64,000 bases of DNA from an uncultured bacterium (lineage in GTDB: Bacteria > Verrucomicrobiota > Verrucomicrobiia > Limisphaerales > UBA8199): positions 64,001-128,000 of the forward strand of contig CAVVMW010000022.1 in the NCBI GenBank assembly GCA_963749495.1, written 5' to 3'. Numbering within the stretch: the stretch's first letter is position 1; the number at the start of each line of letters is the position of its first letter. Positions 9,779 through 21,231 of the stretch are shown here, in pieces. The notes under the pieces were generated by a model that did no database searches, was not told the DNA's origin, and saw nothing but the letters and a program-made list of their open reading frames with translations. Both the position numbers and the translations under genes were made by a program.

Positions 9779-10687
9779 TTACAAGGAGGGGTTCGGCGCC
9801 AGCCCCAGGTTCTGCAAGATCCTCGTCGTCGCGTGCGCCTTATTGAGGGTATAGAAATGCAGCCCCGGGGCGCCGGACTGGAGCAAATCGGCGCACTGTT
9901 TGGTGGCATAATCGATGCCGAACTCAGCAACGGCTTGGTCGTTGTCGCCCAACTCATCGAGCTTGGCCGCCAGGGGGCTGGGGATGCGCGCGCCGCACAA
10001 GGCGGTGAACCGTTTGATCTGCGACTCGCTCAGGATGGAGACGATGCCGGGCACAATCGGCACGCTGACCCCCAGCTTGCGCGTGAGGTGATCGCGGAAC
10101 TCGTAAAAGTCGGCGTTGTCGAAAAACAGTTGAGTGATGATGAAATCGGCGCCCGCCTCGACCTTCTCCTTGAGATGCCGCCAATCCGCGTGCTTGCCCT
10201 CTTTGCAGGCGGTGTGGCCCTCGGGAAAGCCGGCCACGCCGATGCACAGGCCGGCCTCGGGCTGCTGGCGGATGAACCGGACCAGTTGGCTGGAGTATTC
10301 GAAGCCGCCGGGGGCTGGCTTGAATTCCCCCCCGCCGGGCGGGTCGCCCCGGAGGGCGAGGACGTTCCGGACGCCCAAGGCGCGGATCTGGCCCAGCAAC
10401 TCCCCGATCTGCTCGCGCGTGGCCTCGATGCAGGTCAGGTGGGCCACCGCCGTCAGCCCGTGCTCCCGCTGGATACTGTCCACAATCTTCAGCGTCTTCT
10501 CCCGCGTGCTGCCCCCGGCTCCGTAAGTCACCGAGCAGTAATCGGGCCGCGTTCGCCTCAAGGCCGGGATGGTCTTGTTGAGCAGGTTGGCGTCCCCTTC
10601 CGGCGTCTTGGGCGGAAAGAATTCAAATGAAATCACCGCCTGCCCGGCGGCTCGCTTGGCGGCATAGATGTCGCGAATGAATTGCAC
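9779..10687 (-). CDS. metF: 5,10-methylenetetrahydrofolate reductase
   Basis: ISFEFFPPK, SVTYGAGGS, AHLTC, LALRGDPP, ITQLFFD, LHFYTLN. Confidence 0.96.
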   Translation of the reverse strand: MQFIRDIYAAKRAAGQAVISFEFFPPKTPEGDANLLNKTIPALRRTRPDYCSVTYGAGGSTREKTLKIVDSIQREHGLTAVAHLTCIEATREQIGELLGQIRALGVRNVLALRGDPPGGGEFKPAPGGFEYSSQLVRFIRQQPEAGLCIGVAGFPEGHTACKEGKHADWRHLKEKVEAGADFIITQLFFDNADFYEFRDHLTRKLGVSVPIVPGIVSILSESQIKRFTALCGARIPSPLAAKLDELGDNDQAVAEFGIDYATKQCADLLQSGAPGLHFYTLNKAHATTRILQNLGLAPNPSL

Positions 10688-10781
10688 AAGCTCTTAAGAT
10701 GCGCAGAATCCAAGGAAAATCAAACGGGAGTTCGCGGCCCGGATGGCGCGAGGGCGCATCTCACCTTTGTCGAGCCCGGCC

Positions 10782-11113
10782 GAACCGGCCGATTGGAGTG
10801 CGCGTCCGAAGTCGCGAAGCGTTTTGGACTGCGGCAGTCCTCTGCCGCTTTTCGGACCCTGGGGACGCGAAAGCGCCAGAGGACTGGCGCAGTCCAAAAC
10901 CTGCGGACCTGGCGACGGTTCATGGAGAGAGGCTCGACGGTTTTGAAATGGTGCATGCGGACCATGAACCGGCTAGTGCATGGCGGCGGAAGCCGCGAAG
11001 CGTTTTGGACTGCGGCAGTCCTCTGCCGCTTTTCCAACCCCAGCGCGCACGAAAGCGGCAGAGGACTGGCGCAGTCCAAAACCTTGCGGGCTTGGCGACG
11101 GTTCATGGAGAGG
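10782..11113. repeat. two tandem REP-like palindromes, family B (TTTTGGACTGCGGCAGTCCTCTGCCGCTTT...AAAGCGGCAGAGGACTGGCGCAGTCCAAAA), each in a GAACC...GGTTCATGGAGAG wrapper
   Basis: Copies at about 10814-10900 and 10996-11081; third copy at 47643-47734. Confidence 0.9.
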
Positions 11114-11209
11114 TCTGCGCGCCGTGTCGCTCCCGCCTTCACTGCAGACCTTACGCCCAGAACGCCGATTAGGCGTCCGCGCTCCGCTGCCATCGTGGTC
11201 GTGGCGTTT

Positions 11210-12355
11210 CTAGCGCGCCGGGGCGGGGCTGGGTGCGGCGGCAGTGGCCTGGGCCTCACGTTTGGCCATGATGGCGGCGATGATCTTATCCGCCAGCTCG
11301 GGCTTGTCGGTCAGGGCCTTTTGCGCGGCGTCCTTGCCCTGGCCGATCAGCTCGCCTTCGAATTGGAGCCAGGCGCCCTTCTTGTCCACGACGGCGTGGT
11401 CGATGCCGACATCGAGGATGCTGCCTTCCCGGTTGATGCCCTTGTTGTAGAGGATGTCGAACTCGGCCTCGCCAAAGGGGGGCGCCACCTTGTTCTTGAC
11501 GATCTTGACTTTGACATGGTTGCCCACGGCATTGCCGGCGGCGTCCTTGAGGGTGTCCTTGCGGCGGATATCGATGCGGACGGAAGCGTAGAACTTGAGC
11601 GCCTTGCCGCCCGGTGTGGTTTCGGGGTTGCCGAACATGATGCCGACCTTTTCGCGCATCTGGTTGATGAAGACGCAGGTCGTCTTGGCCTTGGCGAGCA
11701 GGGCGGTGAGCTTGCGCAGGGCCTGGCTCATGAGCCGCGCCTGCATGCCCATGGTGGCCATGCCCATTTCTCCCTCCAGTTCCGCCTTGGGCACCAGCGC
11801 GGCAACCGAGTCGATGACGATGACGTCCAGGGCATTGGTGCGGGCCAGGGTCTCGCAGATCGAGAGCGCCTCCTCGCCGCTGTCGGGCTGGGAGACCAGC
11901 AGATCGGCCAGGTTCACCCCCAACCGCTTGGCGTAGGCCGGGTCCAGGGCGTGCTCGGCATCGATGAACGCCGCCAGGCCCCCCGCCTTTTGGGCGTTGG
12001 CAATCACGTGCAACATCACGGTCGTCTTGCCGGACGACTCCGGCCCGAAGATTTCGATAACGCGCCCGCGCGGCAATCCGCCCACGCCCAGGGCCAGGTC
12101 CATCGCCAGCGACCCGGTGTGGATGACCTCGATCTGCTTGAGGGCGCGGGCGTCGCCCAGCCGCATGATGCTCCCCTCGCCGAAGGCCTTGGTGATGGTG
12201 GAGATCGCCGCCTCGAGGTTGCGCTGGCGCGCCGCCGCCGCTTTGGCGGCCTCGGCTGCCGCTGCCTCGGCCGCGCGCTCCTTGTCTTTGGCCTCCGCCG
12301 CCCGGTCGCGGGTCTCGACGGGCTTCTCCAGTTTCTCGATAGTTTTGGCCAGCAT
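11210..12355 (-). CDS. recA: recombinase RecA
   Basis: [56 protein letters not shown]. Confidence 0.98.
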   Translation of the reverse strand: MLAKTIEKLEKPVETRDRAAEAKDKERAAEAAAAEAAKAAAARQRNLEAAISTITKAFGEGSIMRLGDARALKQIEVIHTGSLAMDLALGVGGLPRGRVIEIFGPESSGKTTVMLHVIANAQKAGGLAAFIDAEHALDPAYAKRLGVNLADLLVSQPDSGEEALSICETLARTNALDVIVIDSVAALVPKAELEGEMGMATMGMQARLMSQALRKLTALLAKAKTTCVFINQMREKVGIMFGNPETTPGGKALKFYASVRIDIRRKDTLKDAAGNAVGNHVKVKIVKNKVAPPFGEAEFDILYNKGINREGSILDVGIDHAVVDKKGAWLQFEGELIGQGKDAAQKALTDKPELADKIIAAIMAKREAQATAAAPSPAPAR

Positions 12356-12363
12356 ACTTGTTC

Positions 12364-13425
12364 CTATTGCTTAAGCTTGACGACGCTGCCGGTCCGGACG
12401 GACTGTTCCTCGGCTTCGCAGATTTCGAGGGCGCCCAGGCCGTCCTGGGCGGTGACGATGCCGGGCGGTTTGCCTGCACAGAGGCAGTCCACCATGTAGC
12501 GGACCTCGAGGGCGTAGCCGTCCGGGCCGTCGAGCTTGAGGGTGCGGAGCGGTTGCCCGGGCTCGGACACCTGGGCGGCCTCGGCGCCGCGCGCCAGGCT
12601 GAAGTCCAGGGTCGCCCGCTCGCAGTGGAGGGTATAGGCCATGTTGAAACCCTGGGTCAGCAGCCAGCCTCCCTCGGCATACACGACGGGGCCGGCCGGG
12701 TAAATGTATTGGGTCACCACGTGGTCAATCGAGCCGCTGGGCCGCACGACGCCGGTCGAGAAGACGCCCGAGGGCCGTCCGAAGAGGAACTGGACGAAGT
12801 CGGTGTCATGGATATGGAGGTCGAAGAGGGCGCCGCCCAGGTCGGTGCCGCCGGCGTAAGTGCCCTGCTTGCTCCAGGTGGGGAACTCGGAGAGGCGCCG
12901 GAAGCGCGCGGCCAGCACGCGGCCATAGGTCTGCTCCCGGACCATTTGCTGGAGCCCGCTCCATCCCGGCCAGAAGCGCATGCACATGGCTGGCATGAGG
13001 GAGCGGCGCGCCGCAGCGGCGGCCTGGACGATCCGGCGCGCGTCGGCCGAGGTGCGTGCCAGCGGCTTCTCGCACAAGACGTGTTTGCCCGCCTCCAGCG
13101 CCGCGATGGCCTGCTCCGCGTGCAGCGGCGTGGGCGTACACAGGTCCACCAGGTCGATCTCCGGCTCGGCCAGCACCTCCTCGATCCGCCGAAACACCTT
13201 CACGCGCGGACCGAGGTCGATGTCGTCCGATTTCTTGACGTTGCCGGTCACGCCCGCCAGCACGCCGTTGACCGGCAGGCGCACGGAGTCGCACACGGCG
13301 GCGATCTGCGCGGCCTCGACCGCCAGATAGGCGCGCAAATGGGTCACGCCCATGAACCCCAGACCCACTACCGCCACGTTGACGCGGCGTGTTGAATTGG
13401 ATTTCGGAGAATTTGTCTTGCTCAT
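12364..13425 (-). CDS. Gfo/Idh/MocA family oxidoreductase
   Basis: [23 protein letters not shown]. Confidence 0.92.
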   Translation of the reverse strand: MSKTNSPKSNSTRRVNVAVVGLGFMGVTHLRAYLAVEAAQIAAVCDSVRLPVNGVLAGVTGNVKKSDDIDLGPRVKVFRRIEEVLAEPEIDLVDLCTPTPLHAEQAIAALEAGKHVLCEKPLARTSADARRIVQAAAAARRSLMPAMCMRFWPGWSGLQQMVREQTYGRVLAARFRRLSEFPTWSKQGTYAGGTDLGGALFDLHIHDTDFVQFLFGRPSGVFSTGVVRPSGSIDHVVTQYIYPAGPVVYAEGGWLLTQGFNMAYTLHCERATLDFSLARGAEAAQVSEPGQPLRTLKLDGPDGYALEVRYMVDCLCAGKPPGIVTAQDGLGALEICEAEEQSVRTGSVVKLKQ

Positions 13426-13442
13426 GATGTGCTGTGCTTTTT

Positions 13443-13628
13443 GTCCCGAAGGGACATTCGACAATAGCCCAACGTTTCAACGTTGGGTTTGGCCGCCAAC
13501 AGGGATAAGTCCCGAAGGGACGGCTGAAAGGGGTGCGCGGCTTCAGCCGTCCCTTCGGGACTCAGCACATCGGCACCCGCAACCCAAGGTTGAAACCTTG
13601 GGCTACTCTCAGGTGTCCCTCCGGGACA
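13443..13628. repeat. REP-like element, family C (GTCCCGAAGGGAC / CAGCCGTCCCTTCGGGAC)
   Basis: Same architecture at 44303-44490. Confidence 0.85.
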
Positions 13629-13677
13629 ATACCCGAGGGCGCCGTCGCTGATTGCGAGGATGGTGAACATTGTCCAG

Positions 13678-14526
13678 TCAACTGGCCTTCTCGACGACCG
13701 CCCTGGCGGCGCGGATGTCGGCCACGCGTTGGTTGCCGGCCTCGCGCTCGATGACGAAATCACCCTGGTAGCGGTTCTCGCGCAAGACGGCAAAGAAGGC
13801 CGGCCAATCCACCTCGCCGGTTCCGACCACGACTTCCTCGCCCCAGGTGCCGGGCGCGCGGGTGCGCCGGGCGTCCTTGATATGGACCTGCCGCACCCAC
13901 GGCCCCAACAACTGGAGCGCCTCGATGGGGTTGCCCTTGTCGTAGAGAATCATGTTGGCCGGGTCGAAGTTGACGCCCACGTCCGGCCGATCCAGTTTGC
14001 GCAGCAACTGGAGCAACACCGGCGCGGTCTCCTGGCCCGTCTCCAGCCCGAGCACTATCTTCTTCTGCGCGAAGACATCCGCCACAGCCGCCAGACGCCC
14101 CAGCATTTTGGCAAAAGCCGGGTCCGATTCCTCGTGCGGGAGAAAACCGGCGTGGAAGCTCACCAGGTTCAGCCCCAGGCCCTCGGCCAATGCGGCGGCC
14201 CGTTTGATGTTCTCCAAGTTCTGGTCCCAGGTCGCGTCCGGGGCGACGCCGCCGGTGCGCCGGATGCTTTCGAGAGTCGAGTAATCCTCTCCCACGCATC
14301 CGACCATGCCGGAGACAATCACAATGCCCTGCTGGCGGCAAAGCGGCCCGATCTCGCCCCACGGCTGCGGTTGTTCGCGCAAGGGGTCCAGCGCCAATTG
14401 AAGGCGTGTCAGGCCCGTGGCCTGGAGTTTGGCAATCAAATCCCGGGGATCGGCCGGTTGCAGCGACCAACTGCAGACCGCCATACGCCCGCCTGCAAGA
14501 GAAGGAGAATTCGTGGCCATCATCAT
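13678..14526 (-). CDS. sugar phosphate isomerase/epimerase (xylose isomerase-like TIM barrel)
   Basis: LETGQE, VNFDPANMILY, HIKDA, GTGEVDW, IERE. Confidence 0.9.
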   Translation of the reverse strand: MMMATNSPSLAGGRMAVCSWSLQPADPRDLIAKLQATGLTRLQLALDPLREQPQPWGEIGPLCRQQGIVIVSGMVGCVGEDYSTLESIRRTGGVAPDATWDQNLENIKRAAALAEGLGLNLVSFHAGFLPHEESDPAFAKMLGRLAAVADVFAQKKIVLGLETGQETAPVLLQLLRKLDRPDVGVNFDPANMILYDKGNPIEALQLLGPWVRQVHIKDARRTRAPGTWGEEVVVGTGEVDWPAFFAVLRENRYQGDFVIEREAGNQRVADIRAARAVVEKAS

Positions 14527-14633
14527 TGACTGGTTTGTGGGGCACTATGTTCCGATCAAGGCGCCGTGCGCAAGCGTGTTTTTGCCGGAGCAGTAATCGG
14601 TCCCGTGAAGGCGGAAACGGAGTCCCCGGCGAA

Positions 14634-14777
14634 CCCCTCACCCCAGCCCTCTCCCCTCCGAGGGGAGAGGGAGAAGCGTCGGCAGTCTCTGGGAATTCCA
14701 GACGCCTCCGCTTCGTCAAGACGCTACCGAGAATTCTCCCTCTCCCCTTTGGAAGGGGAGAGGGACGGGGTGAGGGG
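14634..14777. repeat. REP-like palindrome, family D (CCCCTCACCCCAGCCCTCTCCC...GGGAGAGGGACGGGGTGAGGGG)
   Basis: Outer inverted repeat plus two internal hairpins. Confidence 0.8.
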
Positions 14778-14793
14778 TCTGCCCGCCCAGTAC

Positions 14794-16080
14794 TTAGTCG
14801 CCCGGGGCCAGCAGGCGCAGTTCCTGCAGGCAAAGCCCGTAGCGGCTGCCCTGGGGGCGCGACTTGAAGGTGATGCCGCCCCAGCCGGAGCTGAAATTGG
14901 CCGCGTAGCAGAGCCAGAGTTTGCGGCCCTCGGGGCCGATGAACTTCGAGGGGATGTTCACGAAATAGGCCTGCTCGCCAAAGTGGCTCATGTGGGTCAC
15001 CAACTTCCAGGGGCCGGTCAGGCGGTCAGACTCCAGGATGCAGGTGTTGTAGCGGGAGACCGTGGTCCCGCCGTCGGTGACGCACATCAGGAATTTCCTG
15101 AGCGGGGCGTTGTAGGTCATGGTCACGCATCCCATGTGGTCGCGCCACTGGGCGATGGGCTGGCTGCGGGCCAAATCGCTCGTCCAGGCGGCGCGTCCCT
15201 GGGCATCGTGGCCGGCAAAGAACTGGTACTGGGCGGCATCGTTCATGTTCCGGATGCTCGGCGTGACGCGCGCCAGATAGACCTGGTCGGCGGTAATCCA
15301 GCTATTGAAGGCATAGCGCCGGTTGGCGCCGTCGGACGCGCCCTGGGCGACCAGGTAGGCCTTGCCGTCGGGGGAGTGTTCGAGGTTTTTGCCCAGGTCC
15401 ACGAAATGGGGCGCGCCAATCTTGACGGGCTCTCCGTGCAGGGCCTGCTCGCCGAAGATGGGTCTTTCCGGCGTGCAGGGCGTTTGGGTCCAGGTCTTGC
15501 CCAGGTCGGTGGACCAACGGAAGCCGACGAACGGACCGAGCCAGGGCCAGTTGTAGGTGATGCCGTCGCGAGGGACCTGGCCGTTGGGGTGCAAACAATA
15601 CGTGCCATAGTACCAAACGCCATTGTACACCAGGCTGCCGCACGGGTAGCGTCCCTCGTATGGCCTGGGGCTGCTGGCAAAGACGCCCTGGTTGGTCACG
15701 ACCAGTTTCAAGGGATCGTCTCCGAGGATCGTGGCGTTGCCCGTCGTCGCCTTCTCACCCGATGAACTGGAGCCCAGGCCGTTGACGTTGCCATCGGTCC
15801 ATGGCGAATAGAGGTTCCCGTCGGACGCCCACGACGGATACCAGGTATCCGCCCCGGTGTACTCGGCATGGCGGCCGGTGAAGCCGACGCCCACCAGTGT
15901 CTCGGATTGCGGGAAGGGACAACCCGCCGGCGGCGTGGACGGCCAGACCTGCCAGGGGCTGGGCGGAGGCGCCTCCGCGACCCGCTCCGCTGCCCCGGCC
16001 CATAGCACGGCGGCCAGAAGGCAAATCAGGGGCAGGCCGGAGGGGACCGGCAGTGCGCGCGCACAACGTTGGGTTCTCAT
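14794..16080 (-). CDS. secreted beta-propeller-like hypothetical protein (possible carbohydrate-active enzyme)
   Basis: Signal peptide; ADTWYPSWASDGNLY; Asp-box-like WSTDLGKTW; GPWKLV. Confidence 0.75.
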   Translation of the reverse strand: MRTQRCARALPVPSGLPLICLLAAVLWAGAAERVAEAPPPSPWQVWPSTPPAGCPFPQSETLVGVGFTGRHAEYTGADTWYPSWASDGNLYSPWTDGNVNGLGSSSSGEKATTGNATILGDDPLKLVVTNQGVFASSPRPYEGRYPCGSLVYNGVWYYGTYCLHPNGQVPRDGITYNWPWLGPFVGFRWSTDLGKTWTQTPCTPERPIFGEQALHGEPVKIGAPHFVDLGKNLEHSPDGKAYLVAQGASDGANRRYAFNSWITADQVYLARVTPSIRNMNDAAQYQFFAGHDAQGRAAWTSDLARSQPIAQWRDHMGCVTMTYNAPLRKFLMCVTDGGTTVSRYNTCILESDRLTGPWKLVTHMSHFGEQAYFVNIPSKFIGPEGRKLWLCYAANFSSGWGGITFKSRPQGSRYGLCLQELRLLAPGD

Positions 16081-16087
16081 GGCCCGC

Positions 16088-16116
16088 ATGTTGGCGGTCC
16101 CCGGAGTCGCTGTCAA
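16088..16116 (-). promoter_or_regulatory. sigma70-type promoter, probably leaderless
   Basis: TTGACA-17-CAACAT-7-ATG(16080). Confidence 0.6.
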
Positions 16117-16151
16117 ACACGGTTCGGAGGCGGTTGGACTGTGCGGGAGAA

Positions 16152-16300
16152 GCAAAATCATTACGGGCAAGATCATTTTTCAGAAAGTTATTTTTATCAT
16201 TCTGCCAGAAATGGTTCTGCCTTTGCCTCCCGAAGACCGGGAGAGGCAGAATCATTGCTGGCAGAGTCATTTTTCGGAAGTTTATTCTTATCATTCTGCG
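16152..16300. repeat. degenerate GGCAGAATCATT / ATCATTCTGCC repeat cluster
   Basis: Several direct and inverted copies in an AT-rich spacer. Confidence 0.55.
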
Positions 16301-16323
16301 CTTGCCGCCCCTTTCGTCATTCG

Positions 16324-16999
<676 letters not shown>

Positions 17000-17007
<8 letters not shown>

Positions 17008-18289
17008 AACGCAAGGCATCCACCGGCTTGAGCCGTCCCGCCAGCCAGGCGGGGATGGCCCCGCCCAGCGTGCAGATGAGCAAGGCGCTGCCGCAGACCA
17101 GGAGCAGGTCCCGGGGAACGATCAGCATCGGCAGTTCGGTGAAGTTGTAAATCGAGGGGGGAAACAACTGAAAGTGGAAGAGCTTGTCCATGAAGTCCAG
17201 GAACCAGTTGCGGTAGTGCAGGGCCAGGCGGCCCAGCCCGTAGCCGGCCACGACGCCCACCAGGCCCAACAGGGCGCCCTGGCTCAGGAACAGCAACGTC
17301 ACCTGCAGGTCGGCCGCGCCCAGGGCCTTGAGCATCCCGATCTCGCGGGTCTTTTGCACCACGAACGTGATGAGCGCGCTCAGGATGCACAGCGCCGCCA
17401 CGATCATGATGAAAAACAGGAGGTAAAACATCACGTTCTTCTCGACTACCAGCGCGCCCAGCAGGTTCGCATTGTCCTCCATCCAGGTGCGGGCAGCATA
17501 GCGCGGCCCCAGGGCCCGCTCCAGTTCCTGCGCAACGGCGGTGGCCCGGTAGGGGTCGCGCAGCATCACAGCCACCCCGTGTACGGTGCGGTCCAATCCG
17601 TACAACTCCTGGGCGTCCCGCAGCGAGGTGACCACGAACGCCGCGTTGTATTCATAGTAGCCGACATCGAAGATGCCGCGCACCTCGTACTCCGGGACCA
17701 CGGGCAAGCGCGTGCCGGGGGGAAGTTCCCCGCCGTTCTTGCGCTGGAGATCGTAGAGCCTCTGGAACTCGTTGGGGGCATACACCTCGACCCGGTCGCC
17801 CACCGACAGCTTCAGGTTCTCGACCAACTGCGTGCCCACCAGCAGGCCGCGGTCGTTCACGTCGAATGTGCCCTGGACGATGTTGGTGGGCAGGATGCTG
17901 ATGTTGGTTTCCAACTGGGGGACAATGCCGCGCAGGAACGGGGCGGAGACCTGCCGCTGCCCGCTCGGCGGCTCGGTGACCAACAGGACTTGCCCCAGTA
18001 TATAGGGCGCCGCCGCCCGGACCTGCGGATTGGCCGAGATGGTCTGGATCACGCGCGTGTAGTCCCTCATCGTGTGGCCGGGTTCCTCGATCCTGAGGTG
18101 CGGATTGAAGCCAAGAATCCGCTCGCGCGATTGCTGGTCAAACCCGCTCATCACGCTCAAGACAATAATCAGGACTGCCACACCCAGGGTGACGCCCACG
18201 GCGGAAATCAAGGAGATGACCGAGACGAACGTCCTCTTGGGCCGCAGATACCGCAACGCCAGCAGCAGTTCGAACGGCATTCGTGACAT
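17000..18289 (-). CDS. LolC/E-family lipoprotein-releasing ABC permease
   Basis: ALRYLRPKRTFVSVIS...GVAVLIIVLSVMSGF; KTREIGMLKALGA; PVDALRYE. Confidence 0.9.
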
Positions 18290-18296
18290 GCGGCGC

Positions 18297-18325
18297 AAGC
18301 TAAACGGGCGCGGCCCCGCTGTCAA
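18297..18325 (-). promoter_or_regulatory. sigma70-type promoter, probably leaderless
   Basis: TTGACA-17-TAGCTT-7-ATG(18289). Confidence 0.7.
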
Positions 18326-18335
18326 CGCGCCCCCA

Positions 18336-18806
18336 TCACCACAAAAATGATTGTTCCTCTCCCAGCATCCGCTCCCCTTCCCAGAGGCTCGCGCGCCAGG
18401 CGGTCACCTCGCCAAAGGTCTTGTACGCTTCTCCCGTCAGGATCAGGCCGCTCCAGCGGCCCAACCAGCGGCCGCCGGAGGGGGGGACGGCCCGCTCCAG
18501 GACCAGTTGCCGGGGCAGGTTGCCCTGGGCGATGCCGCGCAGTTCCAGCCGGAGCCGCAGCGGGGCAATCACTCTGCCTTTGACCTTCCAATGCACGTCG
18601 TACATGACGCCGGAAATCTTCCCGGGGTTCTGGCGCAGGTTTGCCTGGTAGGCATCCCGCTCATACAGGCTGGGCGAAAGGCTGTGGCGCCCCTGCATAT
18701 CCAGAAACAAGGGCAACACCTTGAGCACTCGGCCCGTTGCCGCCCCGCACGGCAACGTGAGCGCGAGCAAGACCAGCAGTGAGCAGCGAGCAAGAGACCG
18801 GCGCAT
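18336..18806 (-). CDS. exported hypothetical protein
   Basis: Signal peptide; GRHSLSPSLYERDAYQA; ends EEQSFLW; preceded by TTGAAA-17-TATCTC-6-ATG. Confidence 0.75.
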   Translation of the reverse strand: MRRSLARCSLLVLLALTLPCGAATGRVLKVLPLFLDMQGRHSLSPSLYERDAYQANLRQNPGKISGVMYDVHWKVKGRVIAPLRLRLELRGIAQGNLPRQLVLERAVPPSGGRWLGRWSGLILTGEAYKTFGEVTAWRASLWEGERMLGEEQSFLW

Positions 18807-18861
18807 GGAGCAGAGATACCCGCCACCAGGGGCGATTTCAACACCGAACTGCGGCAAAGGC

Positions 18862-19075
18862 GAATGACGAATGACGAATGACGAATGACGAAAGGGACGG
18901 GCCATTCGTCATTCGTCATTCGTCATTCGTCATTCGTCATTCGTCATTTGTCATTCGCCATTCGCCATTCGTCATTCGTCATTCGCCATTCGTCATTCGT
19001 CATTCGCCATTCGTCATTCGCCATTCGCCATTCGTCATTCGTCATTCGTCATTCGTCATTCGTCATTCGTCATTC
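18862..19075. repeat. inverted heptamer arrays: GAATGAC x4, short spacer, G(T/C)CATTC x25
   Basis: Direct reading; the last unit contains the methyltransferase stop codon. Confidence 0.95.
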
Positions 19076-20167
19076 TTTTCTGGCGGCCACCACCGAGTTC
19101 ATCGCCTCGTCCCGGCGCAGCACAGCGGGCTGGACGAAGCCGGCGGAGGCGAGGTCCTCGCGCAGTTCGTCGAAGGTGAAGGTGCCGCCGCCGGGTGTGG
19201 CGACCAGCATGTTCACGGCAAAGAGCGCGCCGGCAACGGGGCGCGTGCGGCCGGTTTCCATCAGGACGTCGCGCAAGGCGATGCGTCCGCCCGGGGCCAG
19301 GGCCTGGAAGACCTTGCCGAAGAGCGCGCGGTTCTGCTGGCGGGAGTTCTGGTGGACGATGGCGCTCACCCAGGCCAGGTCCGCCCCGGGCGGAAGGGAG
19401 TCCGCGTAAAAATCGCCGGCAACGAGCCGGACCCGGTTTGCAAGGCCGGCGGCGGCCAGGCGGCGCTGGGCCATGGGAATGACGTGGGGGAGATCGAAGA
19501 GCGTGGCCGTGGCCGAGGGGCAGGCGCGCAGGAAGGACATGGTCCAGGTGCCGGAGGCCCCGCCAATATCCAGCAGGTGCCGGAACTGGAGCGGTTGGAT
19601 GGCCCGAATGACTTCGTCGGCAACCGGGGCCGAGATGTCGTGCATGCCGCCGATGAAGGCCTGCTGCTCGCCGGCCTCGCCGCGCGCGCTGGGCAGCGGT
19701 TGCGCAGGCCGGCCGGTCTGGACCACCCGGGCCAACTGCGCCCAGTTCCGCAGGCAGCGGGCCTGGTGCTGGGCCATGGCGAGGACGCTCTGCTGTGGAC
19801 TGTGGACCATGGACTGTGGACTGCCCGTCCTCCGCAGTAGCTCTGCTACGGAGGGTGGATGGACTGTGGACTGTGGACTGTCCGGCCCCTCGGCGGTCAG
19901 CAGGGCGTCGAGCCCCGGTGCCAGCGCATAGCGCTGGCCCGATTTTTCCAGGAGCCGCAGCGCCGCCAGGGCGTCCAGGAGAATCACCACGCCGCGCTCG
20001 TCGCAGCCGAGTGTGCGAGCCAGTTGCGCGGCGCTGAGCGGGGCGCGCGCAAGCGGGCTGAACAAGTCCAACTCCGCCGCCGCGCCCAGCACGGCGGCGC
20101 CTTGATACGTGCGGCCCAAGGCCAGGAGGTCCTCGGCAGTCCACCGCGCAGGTGCAGTCTTTTTCAT
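19070..20167 (-). CDS. SAM-dependent O-methyltransferase with dimerisation domain and an in-frame repeat insertion
   Basis: AAAELDLFS; LLDIGGASG; LFDLP; GDF; ALAPGG. Confidence 0.9.
   Translation of the reverse strand: MKKTAPARWTAEDLLALGRTYQGAAVLGAAAELDLFSPLARAPLSAAQLARTLGCDERGVVILLDALAALRLLEKSGQRYALAPGLDALLTAEGPDSPQSTVHPPSVAELLRRTGSPQSMVHSPQQSVLAMAQHQARCLRNWAQLARVVQTGRPAQPLPSARGEAGEQQAFIGGMHDISAPVADEVIRAIQPLQFRHLLDIGGASGTWTMSFLRACPSATATLFDLPHVIPMAQRRLAAAGLANRVRLVAGDFYADSLPPGADLAWVSAIVHQNSRQQNRALFGKVFQALAPGGRIALRDVLMETGRTRPVAGALFAVNMLVATPGGGTFTFDELREDLASAGFVQPAVLRRDEAMNSVVAARKE
19793..19881. repeat. intragenic CTGTGGA heptamers flanking a short hairpin (CCTCCGCAGTAGCTCTGCTACGGAGG)
   Basis: Translated as DSPQSTVHPPSVAELLRRTGSPQSMVHSPQ. 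Confidence 0.85.
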
Positions 20168-20182
20168 AGTCCAATGTGCCAT

Positions 20183-20267
20183 CTTTGTCGCAGCCTTTGT
20201 CGCGACCTTTGTCGAGTTGAGCCGGGTTTCGACAAAGGTTTCGACAAAGGCTGCGACAAAGGTCGCG
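20183..20267. repeat. family G palindrome, empty form (3 + 3 units)
   Basis: CTTTGTCG x3, ~13-nt loop, CGACAAAGG x3. Confidence 0.9.
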
Positions 20268-20340
20268 AAAGTCATCCAACGTCCTCTGCAAAACAACACA
20301 CCCCCGCCTTCGGCCCCTCGACCCTCGACCCTCGCCCCCG

Positions 20341-21231
20341 TCACTCTACCACAACCCGCAACCGGGCGCGTTCCAGCGAGAACCGGGCGGGGAGGGTGCC
20401 GATGAGTTCGCCGTCGGCTTCGAGCGGGGTGCGGGCGGGGCTGGTGAGTTCGAGGGACTCCGCCTGGAAGGAGCAGGTGCTGCCGGGCGGGAGCGTGTGC
20501 CGCAAGAGGAGGCGCGGGCCGCAGCGCGCCAGGGTGAGCCATCCGGCTCGAGGAAAGACCGTGACCTCCAGCAGGCCATCACGCAGATCCGCCTTGGGAA
20601 AGACACGGAAGGGCCCGCCATAGAGCCGCCCATTGCCGATCAGCACCAGTTGGCCGTCCATCGAGCAGCCGCCACCGGTGGCGGTGATATTGGCGGGGGC
20701 CTGGCGCAGGGCCTGGAGGCCGGCCAGCACATAGGCCAAAGGGCCGATCTTTTTCTTGAGCGGCCAATCCACCAGCTCGACAGCGCGCGCGTCCAACCCG
20801 GCGCCGGCCAGTTGCACGAAATGCCGCCGCTCCCGGCGCCCCTCTGCGCCGTACTCGGCGCGGGGGAGATCGATGCGGGTTTCACGCCCCGCGCAAATCG
20901 TTTCCCAGGCCGGGCGCAGCCGCCTGGGGATGGCCAGTTCGCGGGCAAAGACATTGACCGTGCCCAGGGGCAGCACGCCGAGGCGCGCGCGCTCGAAGCC
21001 GTCCGGCGCGTTGCCCAGGCCATTGACCACCTCGTTGATGGTGCCATCGCCGCCGGCGGCCACAACGGTGTCGAAGCCCTCGAGCACCGCCTGGGCGGCC
21101 AGGCGCCGGGCATCGCCCGCAGACGCCGTCAGCTTGAGCGCACAGTGGGCCGCTATCTCATCCAGGTGACGGCGAAAGCGCCTGGCCTTCTCGCCGCGGG
21201 CGGCCGGATTGAAGATGACGCACGCGCGCAT
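20341..21231 (-). CDS. diacylglycerol/lipid kinase family protein (YegS/BmrU-like)
   Basis: IFNPAAR, AAGGDGTINEV, LPLGTVNVFA, GNGRLYGG, EADGE. Confidence 0.92.
   Translation of the reverse strand: MRACVIFNPAARGEKARRFRRHLDEIAAHCALKLTASAGDARRLAAQAVLEGFDTVVAAGGDGTINEVVNGLGNAPDGFERARLGVLPLGTVNVFARELAIPRRLRPAWETICAGRETRIDLPRAEYGAEGRRERRHFVQLAGAGLDARAVELVDWPLKKKIGPLAYVLAGLQALRQAPANITATGGGCSMDGQLVLIGNGRLYGGPFRVFPKADLRDGLLEVTVFPRAGWLTLARCGPRLLLRHTLPPGSTCSFQAESLELTSPARTPLEADGELIGTLPARFSLERARLRVVVE

Noticed and set aside
10688..10780. SAM riboswitch upstream of metF (also checked upstream of the PLP enzyme near 3890)
   Set aside because: No recognisable SAM-I/II core; metF looks leaderless. An Infernal/Rfam scan would be decisive.
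12230..12355. Ala-rich N-terminal extension of RecA as a novel domain or intein
   Set aside because: Low-complexity helical extension with no intein motifs; RecA core is uninterrupted.
10682..12499. Long antisense ORFs (opposite recA, gltB, rpoD, GH2 and others)
   Set aside because: Shadow ORFs expected from high-GC codon bias; no independent protein signal.
18878..19409. ORFs with SSFVIRH or VATKV repeats
   Set aside because: Translations of non-coding heptamer and 12-mer arrays.
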